This document shows, piece after piece, positions 46,897 to 64,000 of a DNA stretch of 64,000 nucleotides (position 1 is the first letter of the stretch; the number at the start of each line of letters is the position of its first letter). Source of the DNA: Chrysomallon squamiferum (Eukaryota; Animalia; Mollusca); contig CM022670.1 in assembly GCA_012295275.1 (NCBI GenBank), positions 20,956,001 to 21,020,000 of the forward strand. The letters are read 5' to 3'. The notes beneath the pieces were generated by a model. It saw nothing but the letters and a program-made list of their open reading frames with translations, was not told the DNA's origin and searched no databases. The translations under genes and the position numbers were made by a program.

Positions 46897-49009
46897 TTTG
46901 AAGCATTTGCCAAATATCACCAGTAAGATATTTTTTCATTGGGAGTTTTATTAACAAATTGACCAATCAAAATAAACCTTTCATTTAACGAGGATAATAG
47001 AAATACAGTGATCTTTACTATAACTATAACATGATCGAGACTAAGTGAACTGAAAACCGAATTCGGACTTTCAGAATAATGCTGTTAACAATTAACAGTG
47101 AAACTCATTACAGTAATAAAATTAAAACATATATATACTTTTAACATGAAAGAAAAAAAAAAATGTTCAAAATGGGAATACGGCACCGGCAGGTAGTCGT
47201 TTTTTAAAGTTATAATTATTAATATTTATTTTTATGATAATGATGATATTGATGATGATAATAATTATAATAATTTTTCTATGTATATATTCAGTTCATC
47301 CATCCATCCATCCATCCATCCATCCATCGATTCATTCATTCATTCATTGTTTTACTATTTATAAATAGCTAAACATTCCTGTTAATCCCGACAACAGTTT
47401 CATGGTATTTATTGGTGCATTTAATGTAAGTACATAAAATACCATATGAACTGCACTAAAATGGTTTAATGTATTTTGGGTACAGAGAGTTGGTGAGCTA
47501 ATAAATAAACGTTACAATGCATATAAAATCACTGTAGTATTTCATACCTTAAAAAGAATAACAATTTACTGAAAGGTGGATAAACAGCAAATGTTTTCAC
47601 AGCTTATTTCATTTTTTTTTACTTTTCAGAATACGTAAATTATTATGTTACATAAAATAAAATTTAAAAAAATATATATATATAATAAAAAATAATAAAT
47701 AAATAAATAAGTAAAAAAATAAATTATTAATAAATAATAAATAAGTAAATAAATAAATAAATATATAAATAAATAAATAATAACAATAATATAACGTCAT
47801 GAGAAAATTTACAAACTATATTTTCTGCTTTTTCCTGTCTATTCAGTCAATGAAAATGTTTTATCTTATGTCATTAGATGTAATGAAATCATGTTATGGT
47901 TCATAGAATAAAATAGATCCAATTTTTTTTATTATTTTTTTTTTTTTTTTTTTTTATTTTTTTTTTTATTATTTTTATTTTTTATTTTTTATTTTTTTTC
48001 ATTATTTACTATGAAGACGACAAACTAATTTAACATTCAGAACGAGACTAGATTCGATTCTGTTAAGCAAACAGAAACCATTTTATGTATCCAAGGCACG
48101 ACTCAGCCGAAGTGAAGCAAGCAACTCCAAAGGCTTTCAGTATTTCTCTTTTAATCCCACATATATGACAGGATGTTCCTTTTCCACATTTCGTTTTTAT
48201 ACAAAAGCCACAAAACTTAAACCGTTAAAGACAAACAGAAACTTCTAATAACTATTTTCATTATTCTTTGATAATAAATTTAATGTTTTTCTTACAACAA
48301 CATTAGTTTCTTATTTTATATCTCTGTTCAGATTTTTTTTCTGTCCTCTTTTTTAAAACAGTTCGTTATTTATACATGATAGGAAATTGTGTCGCAGTAT
48401 ATTTTAGTAACAATTATAGCTTTCTACAGTTTTCATTTAGTTTATTTATTCCCTAGGAGTATTGATAGCTGATTACAAAATTTAATTTTTGCTTGTTTCA
48501 AGAAGCTTTCTTTAATAATCATAGCATAATTTTACTGTTTTTGTCCATTTTTTAAATTTATTTTCTTCTTTTGATGGTTTGAAATCAGTTTTCGTAATAC
48601 TAAACAGAGAGATAAGAGGAAGACTGAGTATATTAACAAAAAATAAAATAATATTATTAGACATTTATTCATATACAATCAGACACACTTCAGTTATCGC
48701 AAACTCACATACAAACACATACATACAGTCATAAATTACGCATTCTTTCAAATCTTCTCTTTAAATGCAAAGACAGTTTACAGATTATCATTTACACTAA
48801 AATGGTAAAGGAGAATATACACTGATGACAAACCAGGGTTCTCCACTTATAATTGTGATATTATTTGCACAGTGAAACAAATGCAGGATCAAACAAAATA
48901 AACATTTGTACCAAACATTTCCAAGCTCTACAAGACTCGTGGTCAATTTTTGAGTTTAATTCCATTGAAAACCAAAACAGTTTTTCATTCATTCATTATG
49001 CAACAGCAT

Positions 49010-49047
49010 TATAAAACTTATCCATCATTTAAATAAAATATTCAGTT
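49010..49047 (+). promoter_or_regulatory. Candidate TATA box plus initiator for the secreted-protein gene
   Basis: tataaaa at 49010-49016 and tcagtt at 49042-49047, ~280 bp upstream of the ATG. Weak evidence in AT-rich DNA. Confidence 0.25.
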
Positions 49048-49327
49048 TAATTCGCTGTCTACGAATAAATTCGCCGTTATCGTTCACACGGGACAATAAA
49101 TTTGCGTCGCTCAGTTTTAGACAATAAACATTTTTAATAGAAGGGCTGTAAATTTCTCGTTTGAAGACGATTCAGTCTTTGTTTTGTTGGCAAAGGTTTA
49201 AACGGGATTGAAAGGTCAACCACACCATGTAATAACGAAACTGTAAATTTGAATCTAAGAATATTCTCTTCGCAGACAGCGCGTTGGAAAGGAGCTTTCC
49301 GAATTCAGCAGGATTTAAAACACAAAC

Positions 49328-51799
<2,472 letters not shown>

Positions 51800-52087
51800 C
51801 CAAGGAGCGTATCAAAGCGTGCACAGTGTAAAAGTTATTTTTAAAAATATCATTTTTTTTCTACTTCTAGGTTTTGATACTAAAATAATGTTTTCGATAA
51901 TAAAATATCTTTTTCTACTATATAACAGATGTTTTTAATTTTTATTTTATATGGTTTTGCTGATTTTATTTAAAGTATACTTAAAGAAATAAACTATAAT
52001 CAGTAGTGGTAATTTCCTGAGATAAACTTAAGCATGGAAATAATTTGCGGAATGATTTGAAAATATTATGATAAGATATCAATATGC

Positions 52088-52148
<61 letters not shown>

Positions 52149-55102
52149 GTGGTAGTAGTAATATAAAAAAAAAATAATAATAATAAAGAAAAATATTGGA
52201 GTATCAAACTAAGGAATGAAAGAATTAATATAAACAAAATAAACATAGAAATTCAATTAATATTATTTAAGCAATAGTACAAGGCAGTTCCCTCTTTGTA
52301 TATCAGAGACACTGAAATACAAAACCCCCGTCAGAAAATCATATATGAGTAATAATTAATTATCATTAAAAAAATAGATGTCATTTACGTTACGAAATAG
52401 TTAATACAAGAGAGTTTCATACGGTGAAAGAAAATTATTATTATGATTATTATTTTTATTTTATTTTTTTGCTGTTTGTTTATTGTTGTTTTTTTTTTTT
52501 TTTTTTTTTTTTACATTAACAATACGAACTATTTTATCGGATGACGTTCAGTTTTCCATTTGTGTACAAAAAATAAAAGTTTTCATTATTATTTTTTTTT
52601 TAACTCAGCTTTGTATTCCTTCCATGTTCAAAATTATTACCATACAAATAACATCGTGAAATTGTTGTTGTTTTTTTTGTTGTTTTTTTAAATACTGTTT
52701 ATTAGGAGTTACATTATAATTAATTTTTTTTTTTTTGGTAATTTTATTTGTTTATTTATTTATTTATTTATTTCTGGGGTACAAAACATAAAAAATACGT
52801 TTTGTATATACATACATGCATGCACACACACACACATACACACAAAAAACAAAATCAGGGTAGATAATCAACAGGTAAACTATATCTATCAGATAATTGT
52901 ATAGTTATAAAACTGAGTTATTCCCCTTACATCGTTAAACCGCTAGACATCGGAATATGTCTCTGCAAAAAGGGAAGCCGTAACACAATATCAATGAAAT
53001 ACGCCATTTCACTAACATATTAAAAAGTATACATGTAGACAGATTCTAGAATGTAACAAACCGATTACGAAGCAATTAATAAATTAGTTAATTAATGAGG
53101 ACACACATATTTTTAACACGTTATTTTTTGTGATATCTTTAAATATGTTCATAAGAAGAAAAACAAAATATTTTATATATTTGTGTTTAATATAATAATA
53201 ATTGTTAAATATTGTTAACTTTTTTATTTTAAATATATATATATATATATTTATTTATTTATTTATTTATAAAGAAAAAGGAAAGAAAGAAGAAATTAAC
53301 TTACTAACTTTTTCACTTTACTGTATATTTTTAATACGATTACGTAAATAAAAAATAAAAAAAATAATAATAATTATTATAATGCAACTTCTAGCAAAGA
53401 GTATTAAAAAAAAAAAAAAGGCGCTTGGTTATTTATGTGGTAATAACTTTCAATATGGAATGAATACAAAGCTGAGTTTAAAAATAATAATAATAAAGAC
53501 TGGAAAAAAAAAAATAATAATAAAAAAAAAAAAAAAGGCGTTGCAGGGTTGGGTACACATTGTGAATATTTTTAATACACATAGTAACTGCTTCATTTTT
53601 AAAACTTTACTGGACGACTTTGAAAGGTGTCATAATAAATAAATAAAAAATCTTTCATATGCACGATCAAACTGAATAATCATTTTAGATGTCAGCTTCC
53701 ACCCACTTCTGTATATTACTGTTTGAACCATAAAAAAAAAAAAAAAAAAAATGAAACAGTAACGTTTATTTTAGATTATGCAACAGCACGTGCAGAAACG
53801 ATTTAATAGCTATCACTACACCCGCAATGGTTCTGATAATAGAACTTGCTTCAAACGTACAAAAGGGAATAACTGGCATCCATTCAACGAAACCCGAGCA
53901 AATGGAAAAAGAGTGTAAACGGAAATGTCCATCACGCCAGTTAATCAACACACTTTGCTTTCGTCGTTTGACATAGAAACGTCGCCGGTGCGCAGATCAA
54001 AGAGCGGAAAATGCCAAAAGTAGCGTAAGCCGCAAGAGAGAACCGGAAACAACGCAGAATTCGTCTCGGGTACCGGCGGCAGTCAAATAAACATTTCCTA
54101 ACATTTGAGAAGTTTTAGCAGGCATCGATTGTTCTCCAGTCGTGGGTTTGTTGTGTAATACTACGAAGCGGATCTTTTATCTAAAGAAGTCTCGTTTCCG
54201 AAACACGTGTTACCGTTGCGAGTCGAATTAAAGTTTCAGACATGAATCGTAAAACAACACGACTTTATTCTGAAACCAAATAATGAAATATTTGTAAATT
54301 TTAATACTTCCAGGTTTCATTTCGTTTAAATTTGCAGAATATTTAACATAACGGAATTTGTTTAGCGAACTGTTTAGAGCTCTTTTGGCCCCAGATACCT
54401 GATGCTTATTGTATTTTGAATGCTGTTTTTCCATTACGTATTACCTGACACATGAAATACTCGACGGTTAATTGTTTTTTAAAAGACACTGTGTTATGAT
54501 TAAAAACATTTGGCATTTGATAATCGTTTCGAAACAAATAGCAATGAATTATGTTTAATGATCAATAAATAATAATAATATGATTTATAAAAAATTATAT
54601 ATATGATTTTGAAAAATGCAGACAGCTAAAGCTTCTAAATGGGTAATGTTTTTATATAGCAGTTAGATCTCTTTTATTAATAACTTTACTACAGACAGAA
54701 AAAAAATGTATATAATAATAATAATATCTATCACCGCACCAATTTCTCAGATTGGACTGTTAATTGTTTTGCTTTACTGTAGTTTAGAATATTTTAATAT
54801 CCGTTGTTCACGTATATGTGCTTGTACGGACAAGCATAAAATGACAAAGGTAAAAATACAGTATAACGAAAATTCGCATTTTAAAACGAATCTACTTTTA
54901 ATGATTTGCTATTTCGAGAAACCAATCCTCTATTTACTTCCTAAATTCTGCTCGATGTTTTATTGTTTCCGGACGACGCTGGTGCCGGGCTTCAAAGACC
55001 TGACACGTTTCAACGAAAGGCACGTAAAATCACAGAATGACCGTAGTAGTCTTCGCTTAGGCGTTAGAGTAATGATTAACCAGTCTTAAATGGTTTTTAA
55101 TT

Positions 55103-55146
<44 letters not shown>

Positions 55147-55827
55147 GTATGTTCATCTCATAAATCTGCTACATAACTAAAGCTGATTTAAACGAGTACA
55201 TTAAATAAATACAGTATAACCAATTATCAACTTTTCCTATTTACGTTAGAATAAAATACAAATAATCAAAAAGTTGATTCCCCATACTGTGATAAAATTT
55301 ATATCATTTTAATTTTCTGAATAATTAAGCATGATTAATTTCCATGCCAAAAGAGACAGACTTGATGCACATTTTTCTAGTGTGGGTTACAAACTTGTGT
55401 GACTAAATCATTTTGAAAAAAAAAAAAGGAAAAAAAATAGTTTTTTTTTCTCCGAGTCCTCCCAGTTTCAACGTGTGTGGCTGAGTTACTCAAATAACCT
55501 ATCATCTTACTCTTTACGTAACCAGTGGAAGCATTTTGAAAACGAGCATCACGCGCGGTGCAAGGTGGTTTGAAGGGGCGAGGCATACACGGACTATTTT
55601 TCTCTTAAATAATAAATCAGTGCTATACCCAGCGAGTTCTCAACTGTCTTTCTTTATTGTCTCAAATCTTGGATCCAGTCATGGATATCAAATAATCATT
55701 TTGAAAACATGCAGCCTCCGTTGGGAACTTTGGAAGAGGAAAGATCGCCTCCATATTTCTCTTTATTTATTTATTCTGTTAATATTTATATATTCTATTA
55801 TTATTTATTTATTTATTTATTTTCTTA

Positions 55828-55859
<32 letters not shown>

Positions 55860-57612
55860 TTTTTATTTTTATTTATTTCATTAATTTTATTTTTCTCAAC
55901 GGATTGTAAAAATAAATAATTAGAAAAATAAGTAAAATTAAAACATTGATAAATAATTAAACCCAGTAGATATTGGTCTCTTCGATCTGCCGTTGACTAA
56001 AACACACAGCGAATGTTGAAACAGTCTGAGCGCACCAATGCGGTTCTGCGGGGCGAAGAGAACAAACTCATCAAGTGCGTGCTATACTCATTACTTTCCG
56101 ACCGATTTTTAAATATGTACATATTTTTCTTCTAAGAGTTAAACTTTGTCATCCTGACTGTTCATATACTGACAAACAGAGCAATTCCAAGCATTGTCTG
56201 AAATTCTCGATTTCATCTTTTTTTCTTTTTTTTTTTTACTTTTTTCTGTTGCTTTTCCGCTAAGCAGCGGTAAACGGAAATCCAGAAAGGAATCGACGGA
56301 TCTAGAAATACTCTTGAAAAGAAAACGAAGAAAAGATGCATCTAATAATAACAGAACTAGTTTTAGTATTAATATTTATTTTCATATATTTTTTTTTTTT
56401 GGTTTGGGTGCTTGTGTAGGCGGCTCAGTGTAAAATGTATTTACCATTTACAAACAATGGAAAAAGCAAATGTTGCACATACAATTTCTGAATTACAAGT
56501 TTCTAATATTGTACTTCCGGTATGTGAAAACTGATACTTTCCAGCGAAAACGTTCACTGATAGCTGTGTTGACTTTAAAACGAAATAACCTCATTCATTC
56601 ATTAGTACTTTAAAGTTACAGTAAGTCCGTTGTTGTCTTCTGAGTCACTTATTAATAAGGTAAGGTTGTTAATACGTACAATCGAAGGTTCAAACACGCA
56701 TGCCGTGAGCACACATACTGCATATGAAACAAACAAAAAAGAATAATGTTGGCAAGAGACAGACTTATCTCGCACACACACCTTTGATCTTTTTCTTCTT
56801 TTGTTTTTCTATTTGACCGGAGATATATAATATATATATATATATTTTATTTTTTTATTTTTTTCTATTTAAAATTCTGTAGATGTTGCAAGCTGATTAA
56901 AAATTAATACCACTTAATGCGCTTGGCAATACAATAACAACAAAAGACATTTGGACCCAGGCCCTCAGAAGCCACTAAATAATAAAATAATGTCGGTCTT
57001 GATACAAAAGTTAATCCGTTCTGCGTATCTGATTTGTGTCAGTTTGAGCTATTACTGGTCGCTGTTTACACGGTTCTGCATACGTATAGAGGACACATTA
57101 ACGGTAATCACAGCATTCAGACTTAAAACGACCCCACAATCAACATGACTATTTTTCTGGACAAGCAAACAGACATATCCGCCCGCCTCGGGGTATTTTT
57201 TAACCGCCGTCTGTTCTCCCACGCGCCCGTCTCGATCAGCAGTCACAAGGCTGACCTCGCGTGGTACACTCACGAGCTGACCTGTGTCGTTTCTTCTCTT
57301 TCTGTTTTTTTTTTCCTGGTTAAACCTGGAATATGAATAGGTGAGAGGCAGGTGATAATTGGTCTTTTTACCGAGAGTTCAGCGTTTGAATGAAAAAGGT
57401 CACTGGTTAATTTCCTGCGGGCTATCACGCCACTTGATCGCGGCTAATGTAAATAGTGCAGTTCTATTACAGTCTCGCAGTTAAAGTAAATAGACCGCAG
57501 TTAATTATTTGAAGTAAAAAAGTTTTAAAAAATAGAAGAAGAAAAAGAAAGTATGGAATGTGTTAAGGTATCACTGAAAATTCACAGTAGATATGTAAAA
57601 AAAATAATAATA

Positions 57613-57699
<87 letters not shown>

Positions 57700-58265
57700 C
57701 TCTGTTTTCTGTGCGCATCTAAACATCTATCTGTCGTTTTTATCCGTTTGTCTGATTGTATATCAGTCTATATCTATTCTGACTTCTTTCTGTTTATCTG
57801 TCTACTCTCTGTAAATTAAACCAATAACACTTTTATTTCTTTTCAACACGTTGTAAGAAAATTTATATTTTTTTGTTTTGTTAATAATTAGTATACTTCT
57901 CTTTATTCGTGACTTCACTGGCGTTCTCTGTGACACATCATTGACGTCAGACAACAGAAAAAAAGCTGAAATGTCTTCCACAACATCATGTCTCTCGTGG
58001 TTCCATGACTAAAATTTACCCTCAGTTTAAACTGAATTAGAAAGGAGATAATAAATTCGCTTACTGGAATGCTTTAATTAAACAATTTTAAATATCCGGT
58101 TATAACATAATTAAGATTAAGGAACCTGGCTGACGTCATAGTGTGGGTTATCATTTCTTTTATATACAGAACACGAAACAGTGAACAAGAGCCAAACATG
58201 AACGAAAGCAGAGAGTGGGAGTCTGTATGTCTGTATGTTTGTGTGTGTAACTGTCTCTGTGTGTA

Positions 58266-58366
<101 letters not shown>

Positions 58367-58754
58367 AAAAATGTCTATTCGTCTACCGGAAATAAAACTC
58401 GTTAGGTGAAAGGGTCTTGAAGAAAAAAAAATACAAAAGACGAAAAGATAAAAAATATACAGAAGACTATTTCCGCGGGTATTGTTTCAATTTCGCATTT
58501 AGGGCAGTATTGCTATGGATGACGATTTGGGCCCTAATCTAGTAATGAGACACAAATATTATATCAGTTATAAAAGGGTGTTATTAGTTTGTTGTTTGTT
58601 TTTTGGTTGTTTGGTTTTTGTTTGGTTTTTGTCGAAAACATAGCAATATAACAAATAAAAGGTTTAATAACGGTTAACATTAAATTATACCTAGACTAAA
58701 CTTTCATATTTACACGAATTTGTTATTACTCAGACACACACACAAACACACACA

Positions 58755-58832
<78 letters not shown>

Positions 58833-59570
58833 TACATAGATACATAGATACATACATACACACATGCATATATGTACGTATATATAAACATACACATAAA
58901 CACACATATAATGGAAACAAAGTATTCCCTTAACAGTTTAGATTTACTGTAAATGTTTTGATTGACATCGTCAACTATAAAAGATGTAGTGCAATAAAAT
59001 ACGTAAAAATAGGTTTTCATGGATGAAACAGCAAAAGGACATAGTATATGTATTTGAAAAAACCGAAAAGAAAACGCAGACACGCACACAACACGTACAC
59101 ACATCAAATAATAATAATAATAAGTTATAATAATAATAATAAATAATAAGAAGAAGAAGAAGAAAAAGAAGAAGAAGAAGAAAAGAAGAAGAAGAAGAAA
59201 AGAAGAAGAATTGGACATTTAATACTGTGTAAACGTAAAGAATTTTGACACGACCGGTCACTCATACATTTGGCTTGTTTTCGCCAGCAATGCGACTGAG
59301 TGATCTAAAAGTGATGAGAATATTTCTTATATCTTCCGCCATATGGCACCTAGACTTTCCTAAAGGATTCCTTTCTTATAACATTATATATATATATATA
59401 TATATGGATATTATTACATATTCATTTATTTGTTTATTAAATATATTTTATAAACCTGTTGTTGATTCTGAAACGATATGACCAGGTTAGTATGTTTAAT
59501 AACATTTTACATTTGCTTTATAGTTTTTATGTATTATACAAACACACAAACACACACCCCCCCCACCCAC

Positions 59571-59605
<35 letters not shown>

Positions 59606-60393
59606 CATTCAATTTTTTTTCCCCTACATATTTTGTATTTTGCGCGGACAAAGTAATCTTAACTTATCCTATATTGGTTAATAAATTATTTATCTCGATA
59701 ATGATACTTATTTAAGATTTGTTTCATAAAGATTTAAAGGTTACTACACCATGCACTGAGAATATAAACTAAATATTTTTAAGAAAAAGTACGAATTTAT
59801 TCAGCATTATCGAACCGGTGTTACGATAATAGTTAATTTTACTTGTGTGTTGCTGGCTTGTTTGCAACGTATTATCACTAGAGGAAAGATGATGATGATG
59901 ATGATGATGATTATGATGATGATGATAATGATAACAGTAGTGCAAGTAGAGACAGTAGTAGTTGTAATAGTTGTTGGAGCGGCAGTGATAGCAGAAGTGG
60001 ACGAAGAAGAAGCAAACGATGACGACGAAGATAATTATAATACTAGCAGAAAAAATAAAATTGGATACGTCTGATACTCGTTAGGGTTTCTCTGTTTCAT
60101 TTTTTTTTTTTTTTCTCTCTCTCTCTCTAATCGGAATAATGTTTTGCAGAGTTTCAAGACAGTCTATGTCAAGATTCACATAAAAATATCGCCTACGCGA
60201 ATTTTGCCAGTGTCGTAATGTTCTCGTCTTAGGCTGCCCACTCCCACGCACAAATAGAGTTTAAATTTAACACATCGTTACACCGTTAACATTGTTATGA
60301 TGACATCAGTGTTCTGTTGTTCCTGGTGTTTGTCAAGACAACCAGGAATTGACAATGTTTACAAAGAGATTCGTTGGCAGTATGTTTTATTTT

Positions 60394-60492
<99 letters not shown>

Positions 60493-61230
60493 CTGTTTTG
60501 ATAAAGTATTCAAATATGTGTTACAAGTATTTGCGTTCATTTGTTGCACACCTCTTGATCTTTTTTATATTGTGGTTTTGTGGTTCCAGAAACTAAAACA
60601 ATAAATTAAAAATTAAAATTAAAATAAAATACAAAAACAAACAAACAAAAATAACAGATAATAAATAAAAAAATAAGAACAACAACAACAAAATATCCAA
60701 GGAAACAACAAAACAAACAAAGCCCCCTACCCGCCAAAAAAAATAAAAATAAATAAAGACAACAAACAAACAAATAAAATCACAATCTTTGCTGTGGCCA
60801 GCAAAAACAATGTCAATAGCCGGACTATTTTTTCTCCGCGTAATGAGACCAGCACGTGTTTGTAGTCACACGCGCTATGACCAGAAGGCCCTCTCGTGGT
60901 CAGAATTAGAGTAGTTTCCTCTCTGTATTGTTTGGATTTCCTTCTTTCTATATTTTTCACATTCACTCTGTCTGTATGAGATTATTTTCGAGACAGAGGA
61001 ATTTGACAGGCTGTTTGCTTCGTTGTAACTCACAGCCTGGTAAATGCAATGTTATATAGAAGATAAAAAGTGCCACATTTTCCGGGGACGTGAATTTTCG
61101 ACGCTTGGCTCTCTTACAGACATACATACACCTACACCTATACTTACCTACCTACTTAGACACACGCACACATACACACACACAAACACACACTAACACG
61201 CACACACGCACGCACACACACACACATATA

Positions 61231-62321
61231 GGGTAAGGTGGGGGTAATTCTAGCCCCCTTTTCCATTTAAAAGCCAAAAGGAAACAACAAAATGGAGTGA
61301 ATAATGTGTAGTATATCTATTTCTGCTTCAAAATACACAAACACTATATGCATAGTGCTTATACTTTTAAAATGACAAACCAGGTTAAAAATTGTTGTCA
61401 GATTTGCCCCGATGATTTGGGGTAAATCTGGCTCCCACATTCATGATGTATTTTGGTCCTCAAATTTGTTGTATTGATTATTGCTATGTAATCATTGTTT
61501 ACTACTGATAATAATTATTTCTAATCATAATACAAGTCAGATTCAAAACTTCAATAAACTAAACTCCTTGACAAATATGACACAAGAATATAATGTCTTT
61601 CAAGTCTGCACCAACTAGGATTTCGAGGTTTGCGCAAAGATCAAAACAATACCAATTTGGGCACCCGTCACATTCCACGAACTCGTCAGAATTCATTCCA
61701 TCAACAACTCTGCAACAGAGTACACATTTGTCTTGTGTATTTGCTATATCTCTGTCTTCTAGTTCAGGTTCGTCACCATCAGCGTTTTCTTTGACTGCAT
61801 CCACCGGTTCTGCTGTCCCATTAAAATTGAACTGCCGTTTTGACTTTGGTATCTTCTTCTGGTTTTTGTTTTTGTAGTTTTGCCTCTCTCACCTTTTCTT
61901 CTTCCTCCTTCTTTTTCTTCATACCTCTTGACACTTTCTTCTTCTGTCAGTGCCTCAGCATACTTCATCCTCTTGATTTTATTCGAAGTTTGATGATGTG
62001 CCCCACCAGATGAACCATGGACTTTCATTTGTTTCAAAAAACTTAAATAAAATTCAGAATGGACTATATCAATGGCAAAACTATTGAAACTTTAGAATGC
62101 ACTTTTTTTACAACCTTGTTGTTTTCACCACTTTCATGGCCACTATAGTCCACGTCTAAATGGCTGATTACATACATCCTTTGTTCTAATGAGAAATAAC
62201 AAGGTTCTATTTATATCAACAAAATTCAAGAAATCTGGACAGAGCAATATAGAGGCTGCAAGTCATAATATACCTCGAGGGCCAGAATTGCCCCGGGGCC
62301 AGAATTATCCCCACCTTATCC
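61231..62321 (-). mobile_element. Internally deleted TIR DNA transposon (pogo/Tc1-mariner superfamily-like) retaining the transposase C-terminal tail and a PHD finger
   Basis: Left end gggtaaggtgggggtaattctagcccc; right end reverse-complemented ggataaggtggggataattctggcccc (24/27 match). TA flanks both sides, and there are subterminal TIR-like repeats. Internal minus-strand ORFs 61759-62037 (AEALTEEE..EEKE, charged) and 61559-61804 (CVLC..CDGC..WYCFDLC..CHIC). No DDE domain. Confidence 0.82.
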
Positions 62322-62359
<38 letters not shown>

Positions 62360-62402
62360 TACATGCATGTATAAACAAATAAATAAATAAAATGGTACTT
62401 AC

Positions 62403-62442
62403 CTTTCACATTCTTCCAAAAGGAATAACATGAATAAGTAGT
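62403..62442 (-). other. Isolated 40-nt exon candidate of an unidentified transcript
   Basis: Long T-tract plus aatgcag acceptor and a perfect AAAG|gtaagt donor on the minus strand. Confidence 0.4.
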
Positions 62443-62446
62443 CTGC

Positions 62447-62491
<45 letters not shown>

Positions 62492-63896
62492 ATAAAACTC
62501 TGCTTTTAATAAATTTTCCAAATACATCATATAACATAGTATAGACTATACATATATACTTATGGAAATATATAAGTACATGTACTATAAAAATGCAAGC
62601 TAGCCGTTAAGAAAATTTAGTGAACATTTATCGTAGGGACTACAGTTTTACACACATATATCAATACAAAAAAGCAAGTTACTGAATCAGTTAGTAAGTA
62701 AGACAATTAAAAATAAAACGTAAAAGAATCGGTAACAAGTATAACAGTGACTCGTGTTACTTCACAGCACGGTAAGTAATAAGCAAACAAAGTGCTGACA
62801 ATAACATCGTAATCATTTAACTCGCTCGTACTGTACGAGCTGAGCGGAACGAGGACTCAGTCTGTGTGCACGCTGACAAAGGGTTATGAATGGCCCGTGA
62901 TTTCGCACAGTACTCCGCCATTCATCTTTGTTTGTGTGTGAGCCTGTGTTTAGAAACAGAGAGACTGTAAACAGAGTGCAGGTGTTCACATTAATATTCA
63001 ACTCAATACAATAAAGAGGCCGTACAGAAACATTTGTGAGCGACTACGACGTAGATTAATCTGTCACTGTAGTTACGTTGTCTGCTTTCCGTTCATATCT
63101 TTCTTTTTTCTTTTTCCTTCTTCTTTTTTAAAATTTGTTTTGTGGTTTGGCGTTCTGTAGAGTCGGTAGAGGCTAGATGGGTTTGGGTGAATGGAACGGT
63201 TGGGGGAATGTTGCGTGTGATTTTCCATACGTCTTTATGAGTGAGTGAAAGATAAATGAACACGACTGGTAATTTCGACTCGGGCAGAATCGTCGTTTAT
63301 ACATATTTTTTTATTTATTTTTTCTACTTATTTAGAATGTGACATACACAGAGAAACTTGGCTGACGTATGTAAAAAAAAGAATTCGATATTTTATTAAT
63401 TATCAACTCTTGATGGCTACAAAAACAAACAAATAAAATTAAAAGCCTTAATTCAGATTCGAACTCTGCACTCTCCAGTTAGCGTACAGAAAACGTCTGC
63501 TGATAGCTGTTAGATTAAATATTTAAAAAAAAAAGAAGAAAAAGAAAAAAGAAGTACCGGATGTTTTGGTTAGAACGTACAACGAACTGAACACCCCTCT
63601 TTTCAAATGGAAGCGCCAGTGACGTAGGACATAGTGGCAACCTTCCAAGCCGTGTTTTGAACCCATCCTCTTCTTCTTTACGACTTCTCAATAAACTATT
63701 TAGTCTTCAGCAACATCTTACCTGCTTACGTCAAGAAGAAGGGGAAGAAAAAGACGAAGAAAAAAAAATAAAGAGTTAAAAAGATACTTTAAAAACAGGA
63801 AATCGTCCTCCTTAAATACGTGCAATCCATTCATTTTAATAGTTACTTTCTTTGAAAAGTGTTCAGTGATTTCTGCACATGATTAACTTATAAGCA

Positions 63897-63965
<69 letters not shown>

Positions 63966-64000
63966 ATGTTTCTCTGTGTGTGTGTGTGTGTATATATAGC

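Noticed and set aside
63450-63500. Minus-strand GTTCGAATC B-box as a tRNA gene
   Set aside because: No cloverleaf or convincing A-box; at most a SINE-head remnant.

Overview
AT-rich, microsatellite-dense metazoan genomic DNA, probably a mollusc (inferred from gene style and repeat types; not verifiable here). Most ORFs in the supplied track are microsatellite artefacts. Splicing exons by hand at GT-AG boundaries with consistent phases gives four multi-exon genes. (1) A minus-strand receptor tyrosine kinase, ATG at 21002, running off the left edge: signal peptide, seven one-exon 8-Cys EGF/laminin-EGF-like modules (MEGF10/SREC/Draper type), TM helix and a Tie-like kinase. (2) A plus-strand HLTF/RAD5-family HIRAN-SNF2-RING gene (27113-42390) with two single-base frameshifts and a degenerate HIRAN pocket; either a pseudogene or assembly indels. 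(3) Minus-strand EXOSC8/RRP43 (42664-46896), tail-to-tail with the HLTF-like gene. (4) A plus-strand 274-aa secreted protein (49328-51799) ending in a Spaetzle/neurotrophin-like cystine-knot pattern, whose knot exon is absent from the ORF track in the coding frame. Also present: two TIR (pogo-like) elements, one carrying a PHD finger; an RTE-LINE remnant; SINE remnants; a displaced duplicate of an HLTF exon/intron fragment fused to a tRNA-like sequence; and several mini- and microsatellites. No database searches were possible, so family assignments rest on recalled motifs.
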